DNA of 30,386 nucleotides from a virus (lineage: Duplodnaviria; Caudoviricetes), in the IMG/VR virus record IMGVR_UViG_3300047450_000085, positions 1 to 30,386 of that record. The stretch is one strand, 5' to 3'. The notes below the pieces were generated by a model. That model was not told the DNA's origin. It worked only from the letters and a program-made list of their open reading frames with translations, and did not search any database. The first letter of the stretch is position 1, and each line of letters begins with the position of its first letter. Below are positions 1 to 6,943 of the stretch, in pieces. The position numbers and the translations under genes are program-made.

Positions 1-658
1 CGCTTTCACCTGTATCACCTTCGTTAGGTTTTACTAGTACACCGTCAACTGAATTCATTTGTACTGTATTAATACATTTACGCAAATCTGGATATGTTGC
101 TTTTACATATGTGTCAAGAACATCTAAGTCTGGAGTTACACCTTCTGTAATAAGAATCTCTGCAACTCTTGCTGTAAACTCTGTTTGATCAATCTTAGCA
201 ATATGAAAGCCTTGACATCTGCTGTGGATAGCAGGAATAATTCTATTCGGATAATTGCAAGTAAGAATAAAACGTGCTGTAGTATGATACTCCTCCATAA
301 CGCCACGTAGTGCTGCTTGTGCGTTCGGTGATAAGTAATCAGCCTCGTCTAACAGTACAACCTTAAATTCTCCAAATGGAATCATCTGTACAAAGTTAAC
401 AATCTTGTCACGTACATCATCAACACTGTTAGTACGACTTGCGTTAATCTCTAGTATGTCTAATGGATTTACTTCAAGTTCATTAAACAACAATTTCGCA
501 AGTGTTGTTTTACCAATACCTGCGTTACCACTAAACAACAAATGTGGAATAGTGTTTTCTTTGATCCAAGTGTTTACTTGACTGCGCTGTGCATCATCTC
601 TAAATACATAACCATCTACTGTATTAGGACGATACTTCTCTACCCATAATTCTTTCAT
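1..658 (-). CDS. Clamp loader AAA+ subunit (RFC small subunit / T4 gp44-like), runs off the left edge
   Basis: Hand translation from ATG at 658: MKELWVEKYRP..., Walker A GNAGIGKTT, LEINAS, Walker B VVLLDEAD, AQAALR, RFILTCN, SRC arginine finger, DLRKCIN. Absent from the ORF track because it is truncated. Confidence 0.95.
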   Translation of the reverse strand, partial: MKELWVEKYRPNTVDGYVFRDDAQRSQVNTWIKENTIPHLLFSGNAGIGKTTLAKLLFNELEVNPLDILEINASRTNSVDDVRDKIVNFVQMIPFGEFKVVLLDEADYLSPNAQAALRGVMEEYHTTARFILTCNYPNRIIPAIHSRCQGFHIAKIDQTEFTARVAEILITEGVTPDLDVLDTYVKATYPDLRKCINTVQMNSVDGVLVKPNEGDTGES

Positions 659-819
659 TCGCTATCTCTTTTTTGCACATGACGTTTAATAACAGCCCGA
701 GGAACCTCAGGACATGCATCAGCAATTTCTTCCTCTGTAAATGAATCAGGATGTCTAATACCATACTTATTAAATTGATCTAATGCCCAACTTGCTGCAT
801 CTTCTTTAGTCTTAAACAT
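655..819 (-). CDS. Hypothetical protein, 54 aa (MFKTKEDAASWALDQF...KRDSE)
   Basis: Hand-translated ORF that fills the gap; its TGA overlaps the clamp-loader ATG (ATGA). Confidence 0.7.
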   Translation of the reverse strand: MFKTKEDAASWALDQFNKYGIRHPDSFTEEEIADACPEVPRAVIKRHVQKRDSE

Positions 820-1000
820 CAGGTCTCATTCCTTTTCTAGTAAATTCTTTTGCACGTTTAATTTGATCTTTCTTACTTAGTCGTGTTCCAGCAAGGTGAT
901 GTTTCCACTCTTGCAAGAGTCGTTTCTTTTCTTCTTTTTCGCTGTATAATCTTTGCGCTTCTAAAAAGTCGCCCGCAGTTGTAAACTTCAAGTCGTCCAT
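812..1000 (-). CDS. Hypothetical protein, 62 aa, basic/helical
   Basis: ORF with GAGG RBS, directly downstream of a sigma70-type promoter. Confidence 0.75.
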   Translation of the reverse strand: MDDLKFTTAGDFLEAQRLYSEKEEKKRLLQEWKHHLAGTRLSKKDQIKRAKEFTRKGMRPDV

Positions 1001-1023
1001 GTTAACCTCTTATAGTTACATTT

Positions 1024-1052
1024 AGTTTAGCATAGTTTTAGAATGTTGTCAA
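1024..1052 (-). promoter_or_regulatory. Sigma70-type early promoter
   Basis: Minus strand TTGACA-17 nt-TAAACT with a TG extended -10, about 25 nt upstream of the ATG at 1000. Confidence 0.8.
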
Positions 1053-1057
1053 TAAAA

Positions 1058-1276
1058 TCAACCACTTACGTAGGTTTTATTTTTTGGACGGTACCATACT
1101 TTTTGATCGTGTATGCGTCCAAGTAGTTCGAGAATTTCGTCCATTTCTTGTTTGAGTTGTTCAGATGTTTCGCCTTGAGCAATAGCCAGGCCCCTACGAC
1201 CTGCTTTTGCTCTTAGTGCATGTTCAATTATCTCAATGTCTCTTACATTAAGTTCGAATGTAGTGTTAGGCTTCAA
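1058..1276 (-). CDS. Conserved hypothetical protein, 72 aa (last gene of the electron-transfer cassette)
   Basis: TTG start overlaps the DoxX stop. The FELNVRDIEIIEHALR...LLGRIHDQKVWYRP...YVSG pattern resembles small Rhodobacteraceae hypotheticals (from recollection, unverified). Confidence 0.75.
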   Translation of the reverse strand: MKPNTTFELNVRDIEIIEHALRAKAGRRGLAIAQGETSEQLKQEMDEILELLGRIHDQKVWYRPKNKTYVSG

Positions 1277-1689
1277 GTTCTATTACCTCGCAACGCAAAG
1301 AACAGTCCACCAACCCATAGCATAACATGAAATGGATCGTCAATTAAAAATGACATAAAGCTATCGGGTTCTAGTGTCCAAATAACTCCGGTCATAATAC
1401 TACAAATTACAATGCCCGAGAAGCGTGTAATTAAGTCTTGTAATTCTTTAAATGCTTTAATAATTACAAGTCCGCCGATTGCTAATCCTATACCAGCACC
1501 GATTTCACCATATATAACAAACCACCATACTAGTGCCGGCAAGTCCATTGCTTCTGCGTCTTCTACAGTATATGGTAATTTACTAAATCCTTGGGTTAAG
1601 AAAACTACAATCAAAGGAATACGTATGAGCCAATGGCTCATACAGAATTCAGGAATTTTTGCGGTTATACGCTGTGCAAAAGCTGCCAT
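1273..1689 (-). CDS. DoxX-family membrane protein
   Basis: About 4 hydrophobic segments; R-I-P-L-x-x-V-F-x-x-x-G-x-x-K in TM1 and E-x-x-x-G-x-x-L in TM2 are typical of DoxX. Confidence 0.8.
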   Translation of the reverse strand: MAAFAQRITAKIPEFCMSHWLIRIPLIVVFLTQGFSKLPYTVEDAEAMDLPALVWWFVIYGEIGAGIGLAIGGLVIIKAFKELQDLITRFSGIVICSIMTGVIWTLEPDSFMSFLIDDPFHVMLWVGGLFFALRGNRT

Positions 1690-2108
1690 TATAGATCACC
1701 TAATAATGCTTTCAGCTTCTTCTTTGACTTGCCACGTACTTTTGCACCTGACACATCGTTATCACCATCACCTACTACTACGAGCGCAATCATGCCCATG
1801 CTTTTGTGTGGCGTACACTGATACAAATACACACCTGGTGTGTCAAATGTAATCGCAACTTCTTTACCTAGTTTTGATTTCTTCGGTGCGTCCCAACCAT
1901 CAGGACCTGCAATAAATTCTACATTGTGTCCTTTTTGTGTCGGTACCCAAGTAATTGTATCGCCTACATCAATGCGAGCAATATCTTCTGAGTACACCAT
2001 CTTAGCGCCATCTTCACGCTTATTGAGCATATCGATTGTCATATCCTCTGCCAGTGCCGGTGTGGCCAGTGCGAGGACAAGACTTACTGTTGTTAATAAA
2101 TTTCTCAT
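1689..2108 (-). CDS. paz: Pseudoazurin (type 1 blue copper protein) with Sec signal peptide
   Basis: Signal peptide ending PALA|E; MLNK...GAKMVY, VGDTITW, GHNV (His ligand), Y-x-C-T-P-H-x-x-M-G-M (Cys/His/Met ligands); C-terminal helical tail as in pseudoazurin. Confidence 0.93.
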   Translation of the reverse strand: MRNLLTTVSLVLALATPALAEDMTIDMLNKREDGAKMVYSEDIARIDVGDTITWVPTQKGHNVEFIAGPDGWDAPKKSKLGKEVAITFDTPGVYLYQCTPHKSMGMIALVVVGDGDNDVSGAKVRGKSKKKLKALLGDL

Positions 2109-2314
2109 TTCTTATCCTTTACGTTGAGATTGGACGGATTGTATTGTTCGCCATTATAAGCAGGATAGGTGTCGTCCTCTACCCCAAAATTACATGCGGC
2201 GACAATTGCTAGAAATGCAATAGCTCCGTATGTAGTAATTTTTGACCATTTAATAAAGCCTTCAAAAGTTTCTTCGGCTTCTTTTTGAGCTGCTGCTTTA
2301 ACTTCGTCTACCAT
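2105..2314 (-). CDS. ctaH: aa3-type cytochrome c oxidase subunit IV-like protein
   Basis: AQKEAEETFEGFIKWS followed by one TM helix matches the alphaproteobacterial subunit IV pattern (Q-x-T-F-x-G-F-I-K); GAGG RBS. Confidence 0.72.
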   Translation of the reverse strand: MVDEVKAAAQKEAEETFEGFIKWSKITTYGAIAFLAIVAACNFGVEDDTYPAYNGEQYNPSNLNVKDKK

Positions 2315-2392
2315 AAAGAGCTACCTCGTTTAATTTGGTATAGTTAAGTTTAGGATGTAGTACAGTATAGATTAAACTCGAATGTAGTTTTT

Positions 2393-2593
2393 TCATCTGC
2401 CTGTCACCGTTGGTAAGTGTTTAGCCCAAGGAAACTCTAAAAGTGGACGAAAGTCACTATGTGTTTCATTTACTATTTTTACCTTCATTTCTAATTTTAA
2501 ATCGTTAGCTACATATCTTTCAGCTTCTTCGTGACAACCGAATTCTTTTTCAAAAAACTCGCCTGTTGTGTTATTTGTTATTATATAAATCAT
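2393..2593 (-). CDS. Hypothetical protein, 66 aa
   Basis: ORF with ATGA coupling to the upstream gene. Confidence 0.7.
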   Translation of the reverse strand: MIYIITNNTTGEFFEKEFGCHEEAERYVANDLKLEMKVKIVNETHSDFRPLLEFPWAKHLPTVTGR

Positions 2594-2763
2594 TTGTTAA
2601 GTCCAAAGCAAGGTAAGATGTTGACATTGCAGTAACGACCGTATTCTTCAAGTCCTACCATTGCCATTAGCATTAATACTGGTACAACAGCAATCATAAA
2701 AACGATAGTTAAAAAAGCCAATCCTAAACCTTTAGTTGTACAATATTCTGTTTGTTCACTCAT
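2590..2763 (-). CDS. Small single-TM membrane protein with three Cys (MSEQTEYCTTKG...)
   Basis: Probable start is the ATG at 2763 (GGAG upstream); hydrophobic core LGLAFLTIVFMIAVVPVLMLMAMV. Confidence 0.7.
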   Translation of the reverse strand: MSEQTEYCTTKGLGLAFLTIVFMIAVVPVLMLMAMVGLEEYGRYCNVNILPCFGLNK

Positions 2764-2872
2764 CTTTTGACTCCATGTATGATACAAGTGCGTTAAAATA
2801 AATTAGTCCTGCAATTGGAAATAATGCTAAAAAGCCTAACATCATTCCAACAATATAGTATGTTTCGTTCAT
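2756..2872 (-). CDS. Small single-TM protein, 38 aa (MNETYYIVGMMLGFLALFPIAGLIYFNALVSYMESKDE)
   Basis: Hand-translated; fills the gap exactly and overlaps both neighbours. Confidence 0.65.
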   Translation of the reverse strand: MNETYYIVGMMLGFLALFPIAGLIYFNALVSYMESKDE

Positions 2873-3060
2873 GATCCCCATCCTGCAAATTCATCCTTGT
2901 TTTTCATTCTGATGTGTCTTGTTGGCAGATATTGTTCTGCCTTTCCTAGACTGCGAAAGCTAGTATTATTACTAAGCCATCGTTTTAGTTGGTCTTCATC
3001 TTTAAATGTCATTTCTTGGACATCTCCAGAGTGCTCGCATAGTATCGTATACTTCATCAA
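2869..3060 (-). CDS. Hypothetical protein, 63 aa
   Basis: ORF overlapping both neighbours by 4 nt. Confidence 0.7.
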   Translation of the reverse strand: MMKYTILCEHSGDVQEMTFKDEDQLKRWLSNNTSFRSLGKAEQYLPTRHIRMKNKDEFAGWGS

Positions 3061-3401
3061 TTATGCTCACCGCCTGTGCCACGTCCGTTATAACCTGACA
3101 GTGCTCTATTAACACGCTGTGGGCGTTTATCAGCTTCACGCATTGTTGCCGCAGTAATAAAAATGCCTGCAATTAAAATAGTATGAATTGCTGCACTAAT
3201 ACCAAAATACGAAATACTACCAATGTACAATGCAAAGATTGCACACCACATATAAGCTAATAGTTGAAATACCATATGTCCTACCATTGGATCTAGTTTA
3301 CGTAAAGGTGAGTGTTCAATGGTCATTACACTTTTCCACGCACTCTTGGCTCCTTTAAAAATGCCAATTGGTGGAAAGATATCTGTGGGTTTATAATCCA
3401 T
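3057..3401 (-). CDS. Conserved hypothetical membrane protein, 2 TM (first gene of the cassette)
   Basis: GGAG RBS. W-x-x-V-M...SPLR...H-M-V-F-Q-L-L-A-Y-M-W-C and C-terminal GRGxGGEH resemble marine alphaproteobacterial hypotheticals (from recollection). Confidence 0.8.
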   Translation of the reverse strand: MDYKPTDIFPPIGIFKGAKSAWKSVMTIEHSPLRKLDPMVGHMVFQLLAYMWCAIFALYIGSISYFGISAAIHTILIAGIFITAATMREADKRPQRVNRALSGYNGRGTGGEHN

Positions 3402-3441
3402 AATTTTTCTCCGTCTGTGTGTTTTTGTGTTACTACAATAT

Positions 3442-3485
3442 ACTATATAGCACGGTACTTACCAAAGTCAAACATTTTTTGGTAA
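3442..3485 (-). promoter_or_regulatory. Sigma70-type promoter with overlapping inverted repeat
   Basis: Minus strand TTGACT (3471-3466) with GCTATATAGT downstream (TATAGT at 18 nt spacing). TTACCAAA (3459-3466) and TTTGGTAA (3478-3485) flank the -35. Confidence 0.65.
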
Positions 3486-3499
3486 AAAAGATTAATTTT

Positions 3500-3781
3500 T
3501 TAATCTTTTATTAACGTACTCCATTTTTTAAGTTTATTTTTCTTTACTTGCGATCGTGCTTGTACTTCGTCCCAAGTAACAACTCTATGTTGTATCATAA
3601 GATCCAGCATACATTGTACATCGCCAAGTTCTTCTAGAAGTTTAATCCGTTGATCGTCTTCAATGTCACTAACAGTTTTATACTTTCGTATAATCTTTGA
3701 ACAACGTTGTGTAAGTTCGCCGCATTCCTCAGCAGTAATAATCATTAACTGTTGTAGGGTATTAATAGGACTATTTTTCAA
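3500..3781 (-). CDS. mazG: MazG-like nucleotide pyrophosphohydrolase
   Basis: EECGEL...EELGDV motif; likely TTG start at 3781 after AAGGAG. Confidence 0.85.
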   Translation of the reverse strand: MKNSPINTLQQLMIITAEECGELTQRCSKIIRKYKTVSDIEDDQRIKLLEELGDVQCMLDLMIQHRVVTWDEVQARSQVKKNKLKKWSTLIKD

Positions 3782-4295
3782 TGCCCAACTCCTTGTATAC
3801 CATTTGCACACCTTTGGCTTGGAAGTAAGCATCTGCTAGTGCGTTGTGCAAGTCACTTTGCATTGCTTTGCGTGGATCTACTTTTGCCATGCTGAACAAT
3901 GTTCTACTATCACGCACCTGCCAAAACTGCCATGGGATACCTTTGCCACGCTGTCTTAGCATGTCTTCAATAATAGTGATATCAAATCCGTAACCGTGTC
4001 CCCACAGTACATCAACACCTACCATCCACTTAGGTAGGCTGTCTAAGAACACATCCATATGCTCTCGACCTTCTGCACTAAAAGCTTCTTCTTGTATCTT
4101 TGGATCCTGCTTACCCCACCAAGCAATAGTATCATCACTAACATCACGATTTTGTGTATCTAAATCTAATTTGTAGTAAAACTCGCTATGCGGTTCTAAG
4201 TCGCTCTTCGGATCGAACTTCACACCACCCACTGTTAGCACTGCTGCTTGTGGAGTAGTGTGAAGTGTTTCTAAGTCGATCATTGCATGTATCAT
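3771..4295 (-). CDS. DEDDh 3'-5' exonuclease (Rv2179c/DUF5051-like)
   Basis: MIDLETL, W-G-H-G-x-x-F-D, RDSRT and HNALADA motifs. Confidence 0.88.
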   Translation of the reverse strand: MIHAMIDLETLHTTPQAAVLTVGGVKFDPKSDLEPHSEFYYKLDLDTQNRDVSDDTIAWWGKQDPKIQEEAFSAEGREHMDVFLDSLPKWMVGVDVLWGHGYGFDITIIEDMLRQRGKGIPWQFWQVRDSRTLFSMAKVDPRKAMQSDLHNALADAYFQAKGVQMVYKELGIEK

Positions 4296-4513
4296 TGTTC
4301 TGTTGTAACTCCTAGGTGTGTCTGTTTTTTCATAGATATACTATCGTGTATTAAATCTACATATGCATCAATTTCATCCGATGTTGCTAATTCAGCATTT
4401 AACGATTGTAGTGCTTCAATACAACGTTTTTGCATTTCTTCAGGCAATACTCCGTCAACATATTCTTTACGTAACGGATGTATAACATCAGCAGGCTTTA
4501 ATATTCTACGCAT
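4292..4513 (-). CDS. Hypothetical protein, 73 aa
   Basis: ORF overlapping both neighbours. Confidence 0.7.
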   Translation of the reverse strand: MRRILKPADVIHPLRKEYVDGVLPEEMQKRCIEALQSLNAELATSDEIDAYVDLIHDSISMKKQTHLGVTTEQ

Positions 4514-4763
4514 CTACATAATCTAAAAGTTGCAATTTTCTCATTATAGCATCGACTGCATTAGGTGTCAAGCCTGGAATGACATCGTCGTTGTCGTGTA
4601 TACCCGGCAACTGTACAAACATATCTTGATCAAATACTGCTGCTTCGTACAGAGTGGCACCGGGTAGTAAAACAACACTCAGCTGATACCGACCAAACTG
4701 TTGCTTTGCTTGGAAGTGACCAGCTCTTACTTCTTTAAAATTTAGTGTATTAAACATTTTCAT
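4506..4763 (-). CDS. Hypothetical phage protein, 85 aa
   Basis: ORF with Y-x-L-S-V-V...L-Y-E-x-A-V...DDVI pattern seen in small early phage proteins. Confidence 0.75.
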   Translation of the reverse strand: MKMFNTLNFKEVRAGHFQAKQQFGRYQLSVVLLPGATLYEAAVFDQDMFVQLPGIHDNDDVIPGLTPNAVDAIMRKLQLLDYVDA

Positions 4764-4963
4764 GTGAATTCTACCTTTACTACGTTTCCATTAGGATCAG
4801 TCATTACGTGTGTTCTTCTTACCGGGGCGTATGCCCTAGTTTTAGTTCTCCACCACTCATTAGCTTCTTCTTGAGTGTCTACAACAAGTCCGTTCCATTC
4901 AAGTCCGTCATCGGGCCTCAATGGATTAGGCTTACTAAATGTTGATGTTATTGTCCAGTTCAT
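4760..4963 (-). CDS. Hypothetical protein (MNWTITST...)
   Basis: Start moved to the ATG at 4963, which is ATGA-coupled to the upstream 53-aa ORF. Confidence 0.7.
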   Translation of the reverse strand: MNWTITSTFSKPNPLRPDDGLEWNGLVVDTQEEANEWWRTKTRAYAPVRRTHVMTDPNGNVVKVEFT

Positions 4964-5121
4964 TTCTTCCCCGATTCTGATCCCATGCCACTTAAAATTA
5001 ACAAAACATACAAAATAGGCCAAGCCCATCCTGTTAAGTATCCAGTAATATGCAGCACCATTAGTGCAACGCCTGCTGCACCAGCTGTGCCTATGCCTGT
5101 TTTATTCTGCGGTATTTTCAT
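4960..5121 (-). CDS. Small 2-TM membrane protein, 53 aa (MKIPQNKTGIGTAGAAGVALMVLHITGYLTGWAWPILYVLLILSGMGSESGKK)
   Basis: Hand-translated; fills the gap between the SWIM gene and the ORF starting at 4963. Confidence 0.7.
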   Translation of the reverse strand: MKIPQNKTGIGTAGAAGVALMVLHITGYLTGWAWPILYVLLILSGMGSESGKK

Positions 5122-5314
5122 CAAATCTATCCTCAACTGCTTTTATGTGTTTGCACTTCTTAAATGCAGGGCAATCACAAGTAAAGCCTTTGTCTAGCAT
5201 TTCAATATTGTAAGTGCCCTTGCTGCCTTCAGCATTCCACACTGTGCCAACAGCCCAGTGTGACTTAGTACTGACAATATCGCTAGGATAAATTCTAGGA
5301 CCATACTTAGACAT
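5102..5314 (-). CDS. SWIM zinc-finger protein
   Basis: GSKGTYNI...FTCDCPAFKKCKHI fits CxC-xn-CxH; GAGG RBS. Confidence 0.85.
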   Translation of the reverse strand: MSKYGPRIYPSDIVSTKSHWAVGTVWNAEGSKGTYNIEMLDKGFTCDCPAFKKCKHIKAVEDRFDENTAE

Positions 5315-5337
5315 GTTGCACCTCTTTGTTATACGTT

Positions 5338-5366
5338 ACTATAACATAGAGAGTACTAGGTGTCAA
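5338..5366 (-). promoter_or_regulatory. Sigma70-type early promoter
   Basis: Minus strand TTGACA-17 nt-TATAGT with a TG extended -10. Confidence 0.85.
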
Positions 5367-5550
5367 CCATTTTCGCTCGGGCACGTTCATAAAAACGCCA
5401 CACTTCCCAACCTAAGGCTAACATTATGCCTGTTATAAAGCCGCCGCCCATCAGTGTTACAATTAATAACACTGACAGGAGATGTGACATCATAAAGATA
5501 ACAACAAAATCATACCATTGAAAGTTTTCAAATATAGTATCGTCTAGCAT
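5356..5550 (-). CDS. Small 2-TM membrane protein, 64 aa
   Basis: Hydrophobic ORF overlapping the peptidase stop. Confidence 0.7.
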   Translation of the reverse strand: MLDDTIFENFQWYDFVVIFMMSHLLSVLLIVTLMGGGFITGIMLALGWEVWRFYERARAKMVDT

Positions 5551-6569
5551 TCTTCTAAAAATGCAATTGTCAGGTCTAGTGCTGCTTGCAAATCTCTTTT
5601 GTCTACCATTTCTGTTACTGTATGAATATAACGTGTTCCTACTGCAAGATTTACTGCTCTCGAACCATTACCTGCTCGTTGTCCTGCTGCTGCATCTTGG
5701 CCACCTGCTGCTGATGCTTTACGCTGATAGGGTATTTCTCTTTCATCAGCAATTGACATTAGCTGTTTAGCAGTTTCTTTGTGTGCAATCATACTACCAT
5801 CACGAATACCTACACATACGCCTTTGCCTAGTGTGCTTGTAGTTTGCCTACCTGGTACACCGGGTGTATCACACGCAAGCGTTGTGTCTAAGCCTAGCGT
5901 AATTTCAGGAGCAATGCTATGCGATGCAGTTTGTGCTCCACGTAGTCCTACTTCTTCCTGTACAGTAAATACGACATACAAGTCAGCATCGCCTTTGTAG
6001 TTTCTAAGTGTTTCAATACCTAGCCAACAAGCGATACGATTGTCCAATGCTTTACTTACAAGTCTATTTTCGCCCATTTCCAAGAACGGCTCATCCATTA
6101 CAACCCAGTCACCTACTTTGACAAAGTCTTTTGTATCTTTGCCACGCCCGATGTCAATCATAAACTCGTCAGGTGCCGGAACGTTCTTTCTATCTTCAGG
6201 CTTTGCTAAGTGTACTGGTAATCCTGCTGGATTCATTACACCTTTAATATCTCCATCGTCTGTGCATACTAGCACTCTACGTGAGAACAAGTTACGTGCA
6301 TCAAATCCACCTAATGGCTGTACGTGAATAAATCCTTCGTCGCTAACATAGTTAACAATAAACCCAATCTCATCCATATGGCATAGGAGTTGTACTTTGG
6401 TACCAGTTCCTGGCTTATGCACAATTAGATTGCCCATAGGATCTGTATCAAACTCAAACTTATCTATGCCAATGTGCATGATCTCGTGTGTAATAACACG
6501 TCTTACACGTTCTTCATTACCTGCGATACCTGGAGTTTCACACAGTGCTTTAAGTAAGTTAATATTCAT
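5544..6569 (-). CDS. M42-family (TET/FrvX-like) metallo-aminopeptidase
   Basis: PGIAGNE, CHMDEIG, KALDNR, TVQEEVGLRGA, LDTT, GGQDA and RYIHT: the full binuclear metal site is present. Confidence 0.93.
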   Translation of the reverse strand: MNINLLKALCETPGIAGNEERVRRVITHEIMHIGIDKFEFDTDPMGNLIVHKPGTGTKVQLLCHMDEIGFIVNYVSDEGFIHVQPLGGFDARNLFSRRVLVCTDDGDIKGVMNPAGLPVHLAKPEDRKNVPAPDEFMIDIGRGKDTKDFVKVGDWVVMDEPFLEMGENRLVSKALDNRIACWLGIETLRNYKGDADLYVVFTVQEEVGLRGAQTASHSIAPEITLGLDTTLACDTPGVPGRQTTSTLGKGVCVGIRDGSMIAHKETAKQLMSIADEREIPYQRKASAAGGQDAAAGQRAGNGSRAVNLAVGTRYIHTVTEMVDKRDLQAALDLTIAFLEEC

Positions 6570-6943
6570 TAAAATTCTCCTCCGTCTTTTCCGACAAATT
6601 GTTGCAGATTAGGCGCTCGCCATCCGACTGGTTTTAGTACTTTGCCGTCTTCACGTTTGCGTACTTTACCTGTTGAAGGGTCGATCTTAGCAAAGTTTGT
6701 TGCCATTACTTCTTTCCAAGCTGCTTCACCATTCCAACCAGCAGCACGAATCGCACCCATAGTAACAACTAAGATGTCTACTAGTGCATCTAACTGCTCT
6801 ACACGATCGTTATTATTGACTGCTTCAACTAGTTCACCGTATTCTTCGTCGATAAGACTTAGATACATTTTATAGTTTGATTCAGTTGCTGGTTGATCAC
6901 ATGCTGTTGCAAAGCGATCTATATCGTTAAAAACGTTTGTCAT
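6569..6943 (-). CDS. All-alpha NTP pyrophosphohydrolase (PRA-PH/MazG-like, possible dUTPase)
   Basis: LIDEEYGEL...LDALVDILVV, EVMATNFAK and REDGKVLKP motifs. Confidence 0.85.
   Translation of the reverse strand: MTNVFNDIDRFATACDQPATESNYKMYLSLIDEEYGELVEAVNNNDRVEQLDALVDILVVTMGAIRAAGWNGEAAWKEVMATNFAKIDPSTGKVRKREDGKVLKPVGWRAPNLQQFVGKDGGEF

Noticed and set aside
1058-3401. Host chromosomal contamination as the source of the respiratory genes
   Set aside because: The genes are embedded between the phage clamp loader and MazG/exonuclease genes with the same overlap and promoter style, and core oxidase subunits are absent. Read-level confirmation is still desirable.
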